Origin: an uncultured Acidobacteriota bacterium
GTDB taxonomy: Bacteria; Acidobacteriota; Thermoanaerobaculia; UBA5066; DATFVB01
Assembly (NCBI GenBank): GCA_963813155.1
Contig: CAWEYG010000001.1
Coordinates: 288,001 to 352,000 of the forward strand
Direction: 5' to 3'
DNA: 64,000 bases
The notes beneath the pieces are model-generated. The model was not told the origin of the DNA, did no database searches, and saw only the letters and a program-made list of their open reading frames with translations. A program made the position numbers and the translations under genes. This document shows, piece by piece, positions 10,912 through 19,043 of this stretch (positions are counted from its first letter, which is position 1; each line of letters begins with the position of its first letter).

Positions 10912-11688
10912 CTAGCGGAAAAAAGCGACTCGCCGCCGGCCCGACGGCTCGACCTCGACGCGCGCGGAAACGCCGAAGGCTTTCTCGAGAGCTTCGGCCG
11001 AGAGGCATTCCCCGACCGTTCCCGCTGCGAGCAATCGGCCGGCCCGCATGACGATCGCGTGATCGGCGATTTCGAGAGCTTCGTCGAGATCGTGCGTGGC
11101 CCAGAGAATCGTCGTCGCGCTCCGCTCGTGGGACCTCTTCAGAATCTCGAGAAATTCGATCCGATGCCGCGGGTCCAGATCGGTCGTGGGCTCGTCGAGG
11201 AGCCAGACTGCCGCCCGCTGGGCCAGCATCCTCGCCAGGAAGACCCTTCGGCGCTCGCCGCCCGAAAGCTTCGCCGCATCGGAGGAGGCGAGACTCGCGA
11301 CGTCGCACTCCCGCATTGCCTCGAGCGCGATCTCGCGGTCCTCGCGGCTTTCCCACAGCCACCCGGAGCGCCACGGGGCTCGGCCCTGCAGGACGAGCTC
11401 GGCGACCGAGATGGGAAAGACGAGGTCGACGGACTGCGGCGCGTAGGCGATCTGGCGCGCCGACTCGCGCCGACGCCGCCGCGACAGCGCCGTCCCGTCC
11501 CACCGGATCTCTCCCCTGTCGGGGCGCAGGACGCCGGCGATCGACTTGAGCAGTGTGGATTTCCCCGAACCGTTCTCTCCCACGACGGCGGCCACGGCGC
11601 CCGGCTCGAGCTGGAACGCGACGCCTTCGATCGCCCGGCGCGAGCCGTACGAAACGCCCAGCTCGACCGCCTCGAGTCCTCGACTCAT
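10912..11688 (-). CDS. ABC transporter ATP-binding subunit (BtuD/FepC/FhuC-like)
   Basis: GENGSGKST, LSGGERRRV, LLDEPT, HDL. Confidence 0.9.
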   Translation of the reverse strand: MSRGLEAVELGVSYGSRRAIEGVAFQLEPGAVAAVVGENGSGKSTLLKSIAGVLRPDRGEIRWDGTALSRRRRRESARQIAYAPQSVDLVFPISVAELVLQGRAPWRSGWLWESREDREIALEAMRECDVASLASSDAAKLSGGERRRVFLARMLAQRAAVWLLDEPTTDLDPRHRIEFLEILKRSHERSATTILWATHDLDEALEIADHAIVMRAGRLLAAGTVGECLSAEALEKAFGVSARVEVEPSGRRRVAFFR

Positions 11689-12647
11689 GCCGCCCGCCGG
11701 AGGGCGGCGATGAAGAAGGGAACCCCCACGAGCGCGGTGACTGCGCCGATGGGAACTTCGGCGGGAGAGAAAACGAAACGCGAAAACGCGTCGGCCACCG
11801 CGAGGAGAGCCGCGCCCAGCAACGCCGACGACGGAAGAAGCACGCGCTGGTCGTTGCCCCAGAGAAACCGCGAAAGGTGCGGGGCCAGGAGGCCCACGAA
11901 TCCGACGATCCCGACAAAGGACGTCGCGGCCCCCGCCAGAAGCGCCGCGGCGAGGAAAACGGCCGCTTTCGTCCTCTCCGTCGACGCCCCGAGGGCGGCC
12001 GCCGTCTCTTCGCCCGCCAGGAACAGGTTGAGCTCCGGAGCCAGCAGCATCAGGGCCGACATCCCGACCGCAAAATACGCGAACAGGGTCCACGCTTCCG
12101 TCGCGCTCGCCTGGGCGAGGCTCCCCATCATCCAGAAAAGCATCGACCGCGCGGAGGCGCCGCTCGAGACGGAGAAGGCGAGCAGGATCCACGCCGAGAA
12201 AAACGCGTTCGCCGTCACCCCCGAGAGCAGCAGCCGATTCAGGTCGATCCGCCCGTCGCGCCTCGCGAGAAAAGCGACCGCGAACGTCGAGCCGGCGGCG
12301 CCGAGAAACGCGGGCAGCGGGGATTGCAAGGGCGCGATTCCGAACAGGACCGCGGCCGTGGCGCCCGCGGCGGCGCCGCCCGATGTGCCAAGCAAAAAAG
12401 GATCGGCGAGCGGGTTCTTGAGGAGCGCCTGCAGCGCCGCCCCGGCGCTCGCCAGCGCGGCGCCGGTCAGGGCCGCCAGCGCGACGCGCGGAATCCGAAG
12501 CGACAGGATCGCGAGGGCGGCGGAATCCCGGTGCCAGACGGCGGACGGCGACAGGCGCACGCTTCCGACCGAGACGGCCGCCGCGGCCGCGAGGAAGAAA
12601 AGCAGCGAGGCTTCGAAAAGCGCGCGGCGCAACCCCGGGGCCCTCAT
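11685..12647 (-). CDS. FecCD/BtuC-family ABC permease
   Basis: LRIPRV, LQALLKNPLADPFLLGTSGGA, GIVGFVGLLAPH, EVPIGAVTALVGVPFF. Confidence 0.9.
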   Translation of the reverse strand: MRAPGLRRALFEASLLFFLAAAAAVSVGSVRLSPSAVWHRDSAALAILSLRIPRVALAALTGAALASAGAALQALLKNPLADPFLLGTSGGAAAGATAAVLFGIAPLQSPLPAFLGAAGSTFAVAFLARRDGRIDLNRLLLSGVTANAFFSAWILLAFSVSSGASARSMLFWMMGSLAQASATEAWTLFAYFAVGMSALMLLAPELNLFLAGEETAAALGASTERTKAAVFLAAALLAGAATSFVGIVGFVGLLAPHLSRFLWGNDQRVLLPSSALLGAALLAVADAFSRFVFSPAEVPIGAVTALVGVPFFIAALRRAA

Positions 12648-13483
12648 GGCCCGAGCCTCCGAAATGCCGCGGCGAGCTCTTCGAGCGCGTCGAACGACCT
12701 CGGCCCCGGCCGGGTGAGGAGGTCCCCGTCGATCGGAATGGTCCTTCCCTCGCGCACGGAGGCCATTCGGGAGATCGGTCCCGAGTGAAACGCCTCGCGG
12801 AAGATCTCGCGGCTCGAAGATTCCGCGGGATAGACGACCGCGCGGCAGGGCGCGGTGACGAGAAATTCCGCCGAGATCACGGGCCAGCCCGGGCGCGCGA
12901 TGCAATTCGAGCCGCCCGCCTCCCGGAGGAGGTCCTCGCCGAACGTCCCGCTGCCGGCTGCCTGCGGAGGCGAAGGCCAGACGAGCAGGATCGCGCGGAC
13001 GGGCCGATTCGCGAGCGCGCGGGTTTCGACGGCGTCGAGCCGCCGCTGGAGCGAATTCGCCAGGGCGGCCCCGCGCGGCCCCGCACCCAACCGCTCGGCG
13101 ATCACCCGGATCGATCGGATGACCCCGCGCAAATCCGGCGCCGACGTCGTCAGGACGGGGATGCCGCGGGCCTGGAGCAGCGCGACCGTCGACGGCGAAT
13201 TGCCTTCCGTGGTCGCGAGCACGAGGTCGGGGTTCAGCGAGACGATGCGCTCGAGATCCGGCGTGAGACCTCCGACGACGGGCAGCGAGAGCGCCTGGCG
13301 CGGATAGTCGGAGTGGGAAGACACGCCGGCGAGCGCGCCGCCCGCGCCGAGCGCAAACACGATTTCCGTCAGGTTCGGGGCGAGCGCCACCACGCGCCGT
13401 GGCGCGGGTGCGGGGGCCGCGCCCGCCAGCGCCGGCCGAAGGGCGAACGCCGCGGACAGGATTCCGAAAAGGAGCTTACGAAG
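12644..13483 (-). CDS. Helical-backbone periplasmic binding protein (BtuF-like)
   Basis: RVVALAPNLTEIVFALG, SDYP, DLERIVSLNPDLV, LTRPGPR. An in-frame signal-peptide-like stretch extends to ~13483 without a standard start codon. Confidence 0.8.
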   Translation of the reverse strand, partial: LRKLLFGILSAAFALRPALAGAAPAPAPRRVVALAPNLTEIVFALGAGGALAGVSSHSDYPRQALSLPVVGGLTPDLERIVSLNPDLVLATTEGNSPSTVALLQARGIPVLTTSAPDLRGVIRSIRVIAERLGAGPRGAALANSLQRRLDAVETRALANRPVRAILLVWPSPPQAAGSGTFGEDLLREAGGSNCIARPGWPVISAEFLVTAPCRAVVYPAESSSREIFREAFHSGPISRMASVREGRTIPIDGDLLTRPGPRSFDALEELAAAFRRLGP

Positions 13484-13700
13484 CGCTGTCTGCCTCTTCC
13501 AGGTCGTTCGGAACGCCGAGCCGTGTGCAGGCCGCGTCGTACATCTGCCGGGCGGCCTTTTGGGCGTTCTGGAGCTCGGCGAGCCGCTCTTTCACCTTGG
13601 CGAGCTCATCCTGAATCGTCGCCTCGAGATCCGAGATCTCCTTCTTGGTGACCGCCATCGTTTGTTCGTAGAACTTTTTCTGCTCCGCGGAAAGCGTCAT
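13476..13700 (-). CDS. Small coiled-coil hypothetical protein (74 aa)
   Basis: Strong SD (AAGGAGT) before ATG, heptad-like charged helix, typical codon usage. Confidence 0.75.
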   Translation of the reverse strand: MTLSAEQKKFYEQTMAVTKKEISDLEATIQDELAKVKERLAELQNAQKAARQMYDAACTRLGVPNDLEEADSAS

Positions 13701-13727
13701 GGGCGCGTACTCCTTCTTTGCATTCGG

Positions 13728-16643
13728 TTACGGGTTCACGTCGACCGGAATGAGCTTGTACATTTTCACGGGGACTCCGTTCTTGCTGGCCGGGCGGAAC
13801 CGGGCTTTCTTGACGGCCTCCAGGATCGCCTCGTTGACGCCGGTTTTCGAAGGAACACCGCTCTGAAGCCGCGCCGACTGAACTCGTCCGTTTTCGTCGA
13901 CGAGAGCGAAAATCATGACTCGCCCGGTGACGCGCTCCCGCCTCGCCGCGAGCGGATACTCGACCGAGAGCCGGGATGTGAGCACCGGCTCCACGACGTC
14001 GGGACCGGGCCCGACGAGGTCGCCCCGGGATACGGTGCCTGCCTCGGCCTGCGCAGGAGCCGGCGGCGGGGCCGCGGCGGCAGTCTGCTCGATCCTCTTC
14101 GGGGCCGAAATCGGCGAGGGCGCCGGCGACGCGGGCTCGATCGCGACGGGAACGGGAACGGGCGCGGTCTTCGTGGGAGCGGGCGCGCCGACGGACGGCG
14201 AGGAAGCGGCGGCGAGGTCGCCCGACTTCACCGGCTTTGCCTTCGACTGTTTCTCGAGCTCTTTCTGCTTGAGCGCGAGCTGCTTTTTCACTTCCTCGTC
14301 GACCTGGCTTTCGGTCAGGGTCGTGGACGCCGGAGGGGGAGCCGCGCTCGACGTCGCGGGCGCGGTTACCGTCGCCGGGGCCTTCGGGGGCGCGGCCGGC
14401 GCGGCCGTCTTGCGGCGATAGAGGAACAGTCCGGCAATCAGCGCGACGGCCGCGATCCCGATCCCGGCGATCAGGGGCGCGCGCCCTTTCTTCTCGGCTT
14501 CGACGCGCTTCGAGGAATAGGCCCCGAAGACGCCGCTCTTCGTGTCGTGCTCGACGGGCGGCGGCGGTTCCTCCACGGCCGGAGGGGGCGCCGGCGCCGG
14601 TGCCGGCGGCGCTGCGGCAACGCCGGGGGCGGTTCCCGTCGATCGTCTCTGAACGACCGTGCCTTTCGCCTTCTTCGACTTCACCGGCGCCGCGGGCTCG
14701 ACCTTCGAGGGCGCGAACGCCTGGTCGAAGGCGTGGTCCGTCTCGCCGGCCGCGCCCTTCTCCTCCGCCTGGAGGTGATGCAGGTAAATTGCGATGTCGG
14801 CGCTTCCGGGCGCCGGGGAGTACGTGTAGAGGACGGACTCCAGGTCCCGTTGGAGATCGGATGCGTTCTGGTACCGGTCCTCGGGGTTCTTGGCGAGCGC
14901 TTTCAGAACGATCGAGTCGACCCGCTTCGGGATGTCGGGGTTCTTCGCGGACGGCGGCTGCGCCTTCGCGTTCTTGACCTGCTCCAGGATCGTCAGGTCG
15001 GAATCCCCCGCGAAGAGCTTCTCCCCCGTCAGCATCTCGTAGAGAACGCTCCCGAGCGAAAAGAGGTCGCTGCGGCGATCGATCGGCTTGCCCGAAGCCT
15101 GTTCGGGCGACATGTACTGGAGCTTGCCTTTCAGAGCGCCGGCCTGCGTCTGGGAAGACTTCGAGGCGGCCTTCGCGATTCCGAAGTCGCACAGCTTGAT
15201 GTCGCCCTCGTAGGAAATCAGCACGTTCTGCGGCGAGACGTCCCGGTGGACGAGCGACAGGTCCTTCCCGTCGAAGTCCTTTCGCCGGTGCGCGTAGTCG
15301 AGCGCCGCCCCGAGCTTCGAGGCGATGAAGAGAGCGAGCTCCGGCGGCAGAGGAAGGCCGTGCGCCGAGCCCGATTTCAAGATCGAGCGAAGGTCGCGCC
15401 CCTCCACGTATTCCATCGCGATGTAGTAGGAATTGTCGACCTTTCCGAGGTCGTAGATGTGAATGATGTTGGGGTGGTTGAGCTGCGCCGCGAGCTTCGC
15501 CTCGTCGGCGAACATCGTGATGAAATCGTCGGAGGCCGCCATGTGCGGCAGAATCTTCTTGATCGCCACGATTTTCTGGAATCCGTCGACGCCGCTCATG
15601 CGCGCCTTGTAGACCTCCGCCATCCCGCCCGTTGCGATCTTCTCCATGAGCTGGAACTGTCCGAACCGGTCCTTGTCGGACGCAACGACGCCCGGCGCCG
15701 AGTGCGACGGAGCCGTCGGACGCGCGGGTTGCGGCTTCGGAGGCGGAGGGACCTCGGCCGGCGGCGGCGGAGGGACAACGGGGGCCTGGGGCTTCGGCCG
15801 CGGTGCGGCGACCCCGAGCCCCGAGAGCGTCTGAGAGATCAGGTTCTCGACTTCCCTGTCGGTCGAGGGGCGCGGCGCGGCCTTCGCGGCCGGAGGCTCG
15901 GCGGACCGCGGGGGTTCGACTCGGGCCGCGGCGGGCGTCTCGACGACTCTGGCCGGGGCTGGAGAAGTCGGCGGCGCGGGTTTCGGGGCATCGGTCCGCG
16001 CATCCGCCGCCGTTCGCCTGGGAGTGAGCATTCCCGAAAGGGTGTCTTCCAGCCGCTTCTGCATGTCCGACGCCGGAGGCGAGGCGCGCGGCGCAACGGG
16101 CGGGGCAGGAGCGGGCGAGGCCAGATCCGCGAGGCTCATGTTCCCGGCCGGCCGCTTCGCAGCCGGCGAAGGCTCGGACTCGAAATCGTCGAGAACGTCG
16201 GAAAAGATGTCCGACGACGTCAGGCCGCCGGACAGCTGAGAGGCGTCGATGCGCATTGTCCGCGCGCCCGGGTCGCTCGAATCGATCGCATCGAAGGCAA
16301 GACTGCGAAAAGTATCGTCGGAGAACGGTTTTTCGAGAATGTCGAACGCGCCGATTTTCTGCGCGTCCGCCTTCGGGTTCGAACCCTTGTAGCCGGACAT
16401 CATCAGGAGAATCGGAGGAGCGGTCGGTCCGCCGCGCCGCCGGAGATCTCGAATGACGTCGTTGACCCGCGACTTCGGAAGCACGGCGGAAATCAGGACC
16501 AGGTCGGGGCGGGTGCGGTCGAAAGCCGCGATCGCCTCATCCCCGTCCTTCGCGACGTCGACGTCGAAGTCCGAGCCGCTCGCCAGCCGAACCTTATCGA
16601 TGTAACGCGGTTCGTACTCGATCAGGAGGAGTTTCTTTGCCAT
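13728..16643 (-). CDS. Pseudo-receiver / Ser-Thr protein kinase / TM / TonB C-terminal domain fusion protein
   Basis: N-terminal receiver-like fold (LLLIEYE..PDLVLISAVLP..ILEKPF); kinase motifs GGMAEV, VAIK, HRDVSPQN, DFG, YMSPE; TM PLIAGIGIAAVALIAGLFLY; TonB-C YPLAARRERVTGRV..VDENGRV..FRPASKNGVPV. Confidence 0.85.
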   Translation of the reverse strand: MAKKLLLIEYEPRYIDKVRLASGSDFDVDVAKDGDEAIAAFDRTRPDLVLISAVLPKSRVNDVIRDLRRRGGPTAPPILLMMSGYKGSNPKADAQKIGAFDILEKPFSDDTFRSLAFDAIDSSDPGARTMRIDASQLSGGLTSSDIFSDVLDDFESEPSPAAKRPAGNMSLADLASPAPAPPVAPRASPPASDMQKRLEDTLSGMLTPRRTAADARTDAPKPAPPTSPAPARVVETPAAARVEPPRSAEPPAAKAAPRPSTDREVENLISQTLSGLGVAAPRPKPQAPVVPPPPPAEVPPPPKPQPARPTAPSHSAPGVVASDKDRFGQFQLMEKIATGGMAEVYKARMSGVDGFQKIVAIKKILPHMAASDDFITMFADEAKLAAQLNHPNIIHIYDLGKVDNSYYIAMEYVEGRDLRSILKSGSAHGLPLPPELALFIASKLGAALDYAHRRKDFDGKDLSLVHRDVSPQNVLISYEGDIKLCDFGIAKAASKSSQTQAGALKGKLQYMSPEQASGKPIDRRSDLFSLGSVLYEMLTGEKLFAGDSDLTILEQVKNAKAQPPSAKNPDIPKRVDSIVLKALAKNPEDRYQNASDLQRDLESVLYTYSPAPGSADIAIYLHHLQAEEKGAAGETDHAFDQAFAPSKVEPAAPVKSKKAKGTVVQRRSTGTAPGVAAAPPAPAPAPPPAVEEPPPPVEHDTKSGVFGAYSSKRVEAEKKGRAPLIAGIGIAAVALIAGLFLYRRKTAAPAAPPKAPATVTAPATSSAAPPPASTTLTESQVDEEVKKQLALKQKELEKQSKAKPVKSGDLAAASSPSVGAPAPTKTAPVPVPVAIEPASPAPSPISAPKRIEQTAAAAPPPAPAQAEAGTVSRGDLVGPGPDVVEPVLTSRLSVEYPLAARRERVTGRVMIFALVDENGRVQSARLQSGVPSKTGVNEAILEAVKKARFRPASKNGVPVKMYKLIPVDVNP

Positions 16644-16658
16644 TTCTCAGTGTCCGGC

Positions 16659-16688
16659 ATTATCCCTGCGCGGCGCCCAGAATGTCAA
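16659..16688 (-). promoter_or_regulatory. Sigma70-like promoter of the kinase-TonB gene
   Basis: TTGACA-18 nt-GATAAT on the minus strand, 15 nt upstream of the ATG. Confidence 0.6.
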
Positions 16689-16698
16689 ACTCGAACCC

Positions 16699-16728
16699 TT
16701 TACAGGCGGCCGGAACGATCGCTAAAAT
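16699..16728 (+). promoter_or_regulatory. Sigma70-like promoter of yebC-ruvC
   Basis: TTTACA-18 nt-TAAAAT upstream of the SD GAGGGA. Confidence 0.5.
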
Positions 16729-16754
16729 AGAGAGCTTTTGAAAAGAGGGACGAC

Positions 16755-17495
16755 ATGTCGGGCCACAGCAAATGGAGCACGATTAAACACAAGAAGGGCG
16801 CGGCGGACGCCAAGCGCGGGAAGATCTTCACCCGGATCATCAAGGAAATGACGGTCGCCGCCCGCGAAGGCGGCGGAAGCGTCGACTCGAACGCGCGTCT
16901 CCGCAAGGCCGTCGACGACGCGAAGGCCGCGAACATGCCCGCCGACAACATCAAGCGAGCCATCCAGCGCGGGACCGGCGAGCTTCCCGGCGTGCAGTAC
17001 GAGGAAATTTCCTATGAAGGCTACGGGCCGGGAGGCGCCGCGCTTTTCGTCGAGGTCCTCACGGACAACAAGAACAGGACGCTCCCGGAAATCCGGAACC
17101 TGTTCTCGAAGAACGGCGGCAACCTCGGCGAGAGCGGCTGCGTGCGGTTCATGTTCGACAAAAAAGGATACCTCGCGGTCGAGCGGAGCAAGATCGACGA
17201 AGACCGGCTCATGGAAATTGCCCTCGAAGCCGGAGCCGACGATCTCTCGACGGAAGATCCGGACGTGTACGAAGTTTACACGTCCGCCGACTCGTTCCAC
17301 GACGTCAAGAAGAAGCTCGAGGAGAAGGGCATCGCGATCGCCTCGTCGGAGATCACGATGCTTCCGCAGACTCCGGTCAAGCTCGAGGACGCCAAGGCCG
17401 CCCAGCTCGTGAAGCTCATGGAAGCGATCGAAGAGCACGACGACGTCCAGAACGTCTGGACGACCGCCGAACTCCAGGAATCGCAGATGGCGTGA
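16755..17495 (+). CDS. yebC: YebC/PmpR family protein
   Basis: MSGHSKWSTIKHKK, YEGYGPGG, TDNKNRT, DDVQNV. Confidence 0.95.
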   Translation: MSGHSKWSTIKHKKGAADAKRGKIFTRIIKEMTVAAREGGGSVDSNARLRKAVDDAKAANMPADNIKRAIQRGTGELPGVQYEEISYEGYGPGGAALFVEVLTDNKNRTLPEIRNLFSKNGGNLGESGCVRFMFDKKGYLAVERSKIDEDRLMEIALEAGADDLSTEDPDVYEVYTSADSFHDVKKKLEEKGIAIASSEITMLPQTPVKLEDAKAAQLVKLMEAIEEHDDVQNVWTTAELQESQMA

Positions 17496-17992
17496 AGGTC
17501 CTGGGACTCGACCCGGGCTCCCGGGCTTCGGGCTTTGGACTGGTCGAATACGCGGCAGGAGCGTTCCGCTCTTTCGAATTCGGGGTCTGGCGGGAGTCCT
17601 CTCCCCGCCTCTCGGCCCGGCTCGAGTCGCTCTTCCGGCGCTGCGAGGAATTTCTCGAAAAAAGCCGGCCCGCGGCGGCCTCGATCGAAACGATCTTTTC
17701 CGGGAAGAGCGCATCGTCGGTCTTCGCCCTGGCGCAGACTCGCGGCGTTCTGCTCCTGGCCTGCGCGCGCGCGCAAATCCCGATTTTTGAGTACGAACCG
17801 CTCACGGTGAAAAAGACGATCACCGGCTACGGCCGCGCGGAGAAGCCCCAGACGCGGGAGATGGTCCGATCGCTGCTCTCGGCAGGCCAGGTCCAGATCC
17901 CGCTGGATGCCGCCGACGCGCTCGCAATGGCGATCTGTCACTGTCACCACGCATCGTCCGCGAATTTTGACCATCCGGTGGCCGCCTGTTGA
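17492..17992 (+). CDS. ruvC: Holliday junction resolvase
   Basis: VLGLDPG..GFG, SIETIF, VKKTITGYGRAEK, DAADALAMAICH; follows yebC. Confidence 0.92.
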   Translation: MKVLGLDPGSRASGFGLVEYAAGAFRSFEFGVWRESSPRLSARLESLFRRCEEFLEKSRPAAASIETIFSGKSASSVFALAQTRGVLLLACARAQIPIFEYEPLTVKKTITGYGRAEKPQTREMVRSLLSAGQVQIPLDAADALAMAICHCHHASSANFDHPVAAC

Positions 17993-18017
17993 GTACCCCG
18001 AACCGGAAATCGCGGTG

Positions 18018-18046
18018 TTGCCATTTCCGGTGCGCGGTACTAACAT
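18018..18046 (+). promoter_or_regulatory. Sigma70-like promoter of the DUF4388 gene
   Basis: TTGCCA-17 nt-TAACAT, 13 nt before the ATG at 18060. Confidence 0.5.
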
Positions 18047-18059
18047 CCGCCTGAACGTA

Positions 18060-18896
18060 ATGGCATTTCAGGGATCACTCAAAGAGCTTCCGGTGCCGGA
18101 CATCGTTCAGTTGATGTCCGTGTCGGGAAAGACGGGAGTTTTCACCCTCGTCCGCGGAGGCGATCGCGGCTACATCTACCTGAAAAACGGCCAGATGGTG
18201 CACAGTCAAATCGGCGAGGTGAGCGGCGAGGAAGCCGTGTACGCGCTCGCGATCTGGTCTTCCGGCGATTTTCAGTTCTCCCCGAACGAAGAAACCGACC
18301 AGAACACGATCCACAAGTCGAATACGAGTCTTCTCATGGAGGCGGCGCGGCGGCTGGACGAGTGGAAGGTCCTGTCCAAGAAGATCCCCGGAGTCGACTG
18401 CGTTCCGATCCTGCGGGAGCGGGAGAGCCCGGAACCCGTCACGCTGTCGCCCCAGGAATGGAATCTCACCGGAAAGATCGACGGCCAGCGGTCGATCGAG
18501 GAAATCGCGAAATTGAACCGGACTTCTCCGTTCGACGTCGCCAAGACGCTCTACGGGCTGGTCGCCGCCGATCTCGTGGAGCTGCGGACGAAGGATTCTC
18601 TCCACCCCGTTTCCGCTCCGCAGGTTCCGGCGGCGCTCGGCGATGAAAAAAAAATTCTCATGATCCTCTGCACCCGCGTCAAGCAGGAAGCCGAGGCGAC
18701 GATGGGTGAACAGAATCTTCCCGGCATCGATCGGCCCTATCGCCAGGCGCTCGCCGAGATCGACCGCGGAAGGGGAATCGAAGCCGTTCGCGATTTCATC
18801 CGCCAGACCGAACAGACGATTTCGGCGCTGAGGGGCGCGACTCCCATGCGGGCGTTCCAGGAGAAAATGTCGCTCGTGATGCAGCCGAAGATCTGA
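18060..18896 (+). CDS. DUF4388 (PATAN-like) domain protein
   Basis: FQGSLKELPVPDIVQLM..KTG..IYLKNGQMVH..GEEAVY..W..GDFQF..LLMEAARRLDEW, followed by a winged-helix-like segment (IDGQRSIEEIA). Confidence 0.8.
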   Translation: MAFQGSLKELPVPDIVQLMSVSGKTGVFTLVRGGDRGYIYLKNGQMVHSQIGEVSGEEAVYALAIWSSGDFQFSPNEETDQNTIHKSNTSLLMEAARRLDEWKVLSKKIPGVDCVPILRERESPEPVTLSPQEWNLTGKIDGQRSIEEIAKLNRTSPFDVAKTLYGLVAADLVELRTKDSLHPVSAPQVPAALGDEKKILMILCTRVKQEAEATMGEQNLPGIDRPYRQALAEIDRGRGIEAVRDFIRQTEQTISALRGATPMRAFQEKMSLVMQPKI

Positions 18897-19043
18897 AATT
18901 CTCCCCTCGCGAACCCGCCCTCGAGCCAAAAAGTCTTTCAAACAGCAGGGTTTTCCCTTATAATCCCCTCAAGTTCCGGCACGGCCGGTCGCAACGATCC
19001 GTGGCTAGATTGGCTTCCTCGTGATCTGGAGAAAGGAGCTTCT

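Noticed and set aside
13394-13760. Cobalamin riboswitch upstream of the BtuF-like gene
   Set aside because: No intergenic room and no B12-box visible; the substrate (B12 versus iron chelate) is left unassigned.
13560-16730. 1056-aa plus-strand ORF
   Set aside because: Antisense shadow of the kinase gene; long stop-free reverse frames are expected at this GC content.
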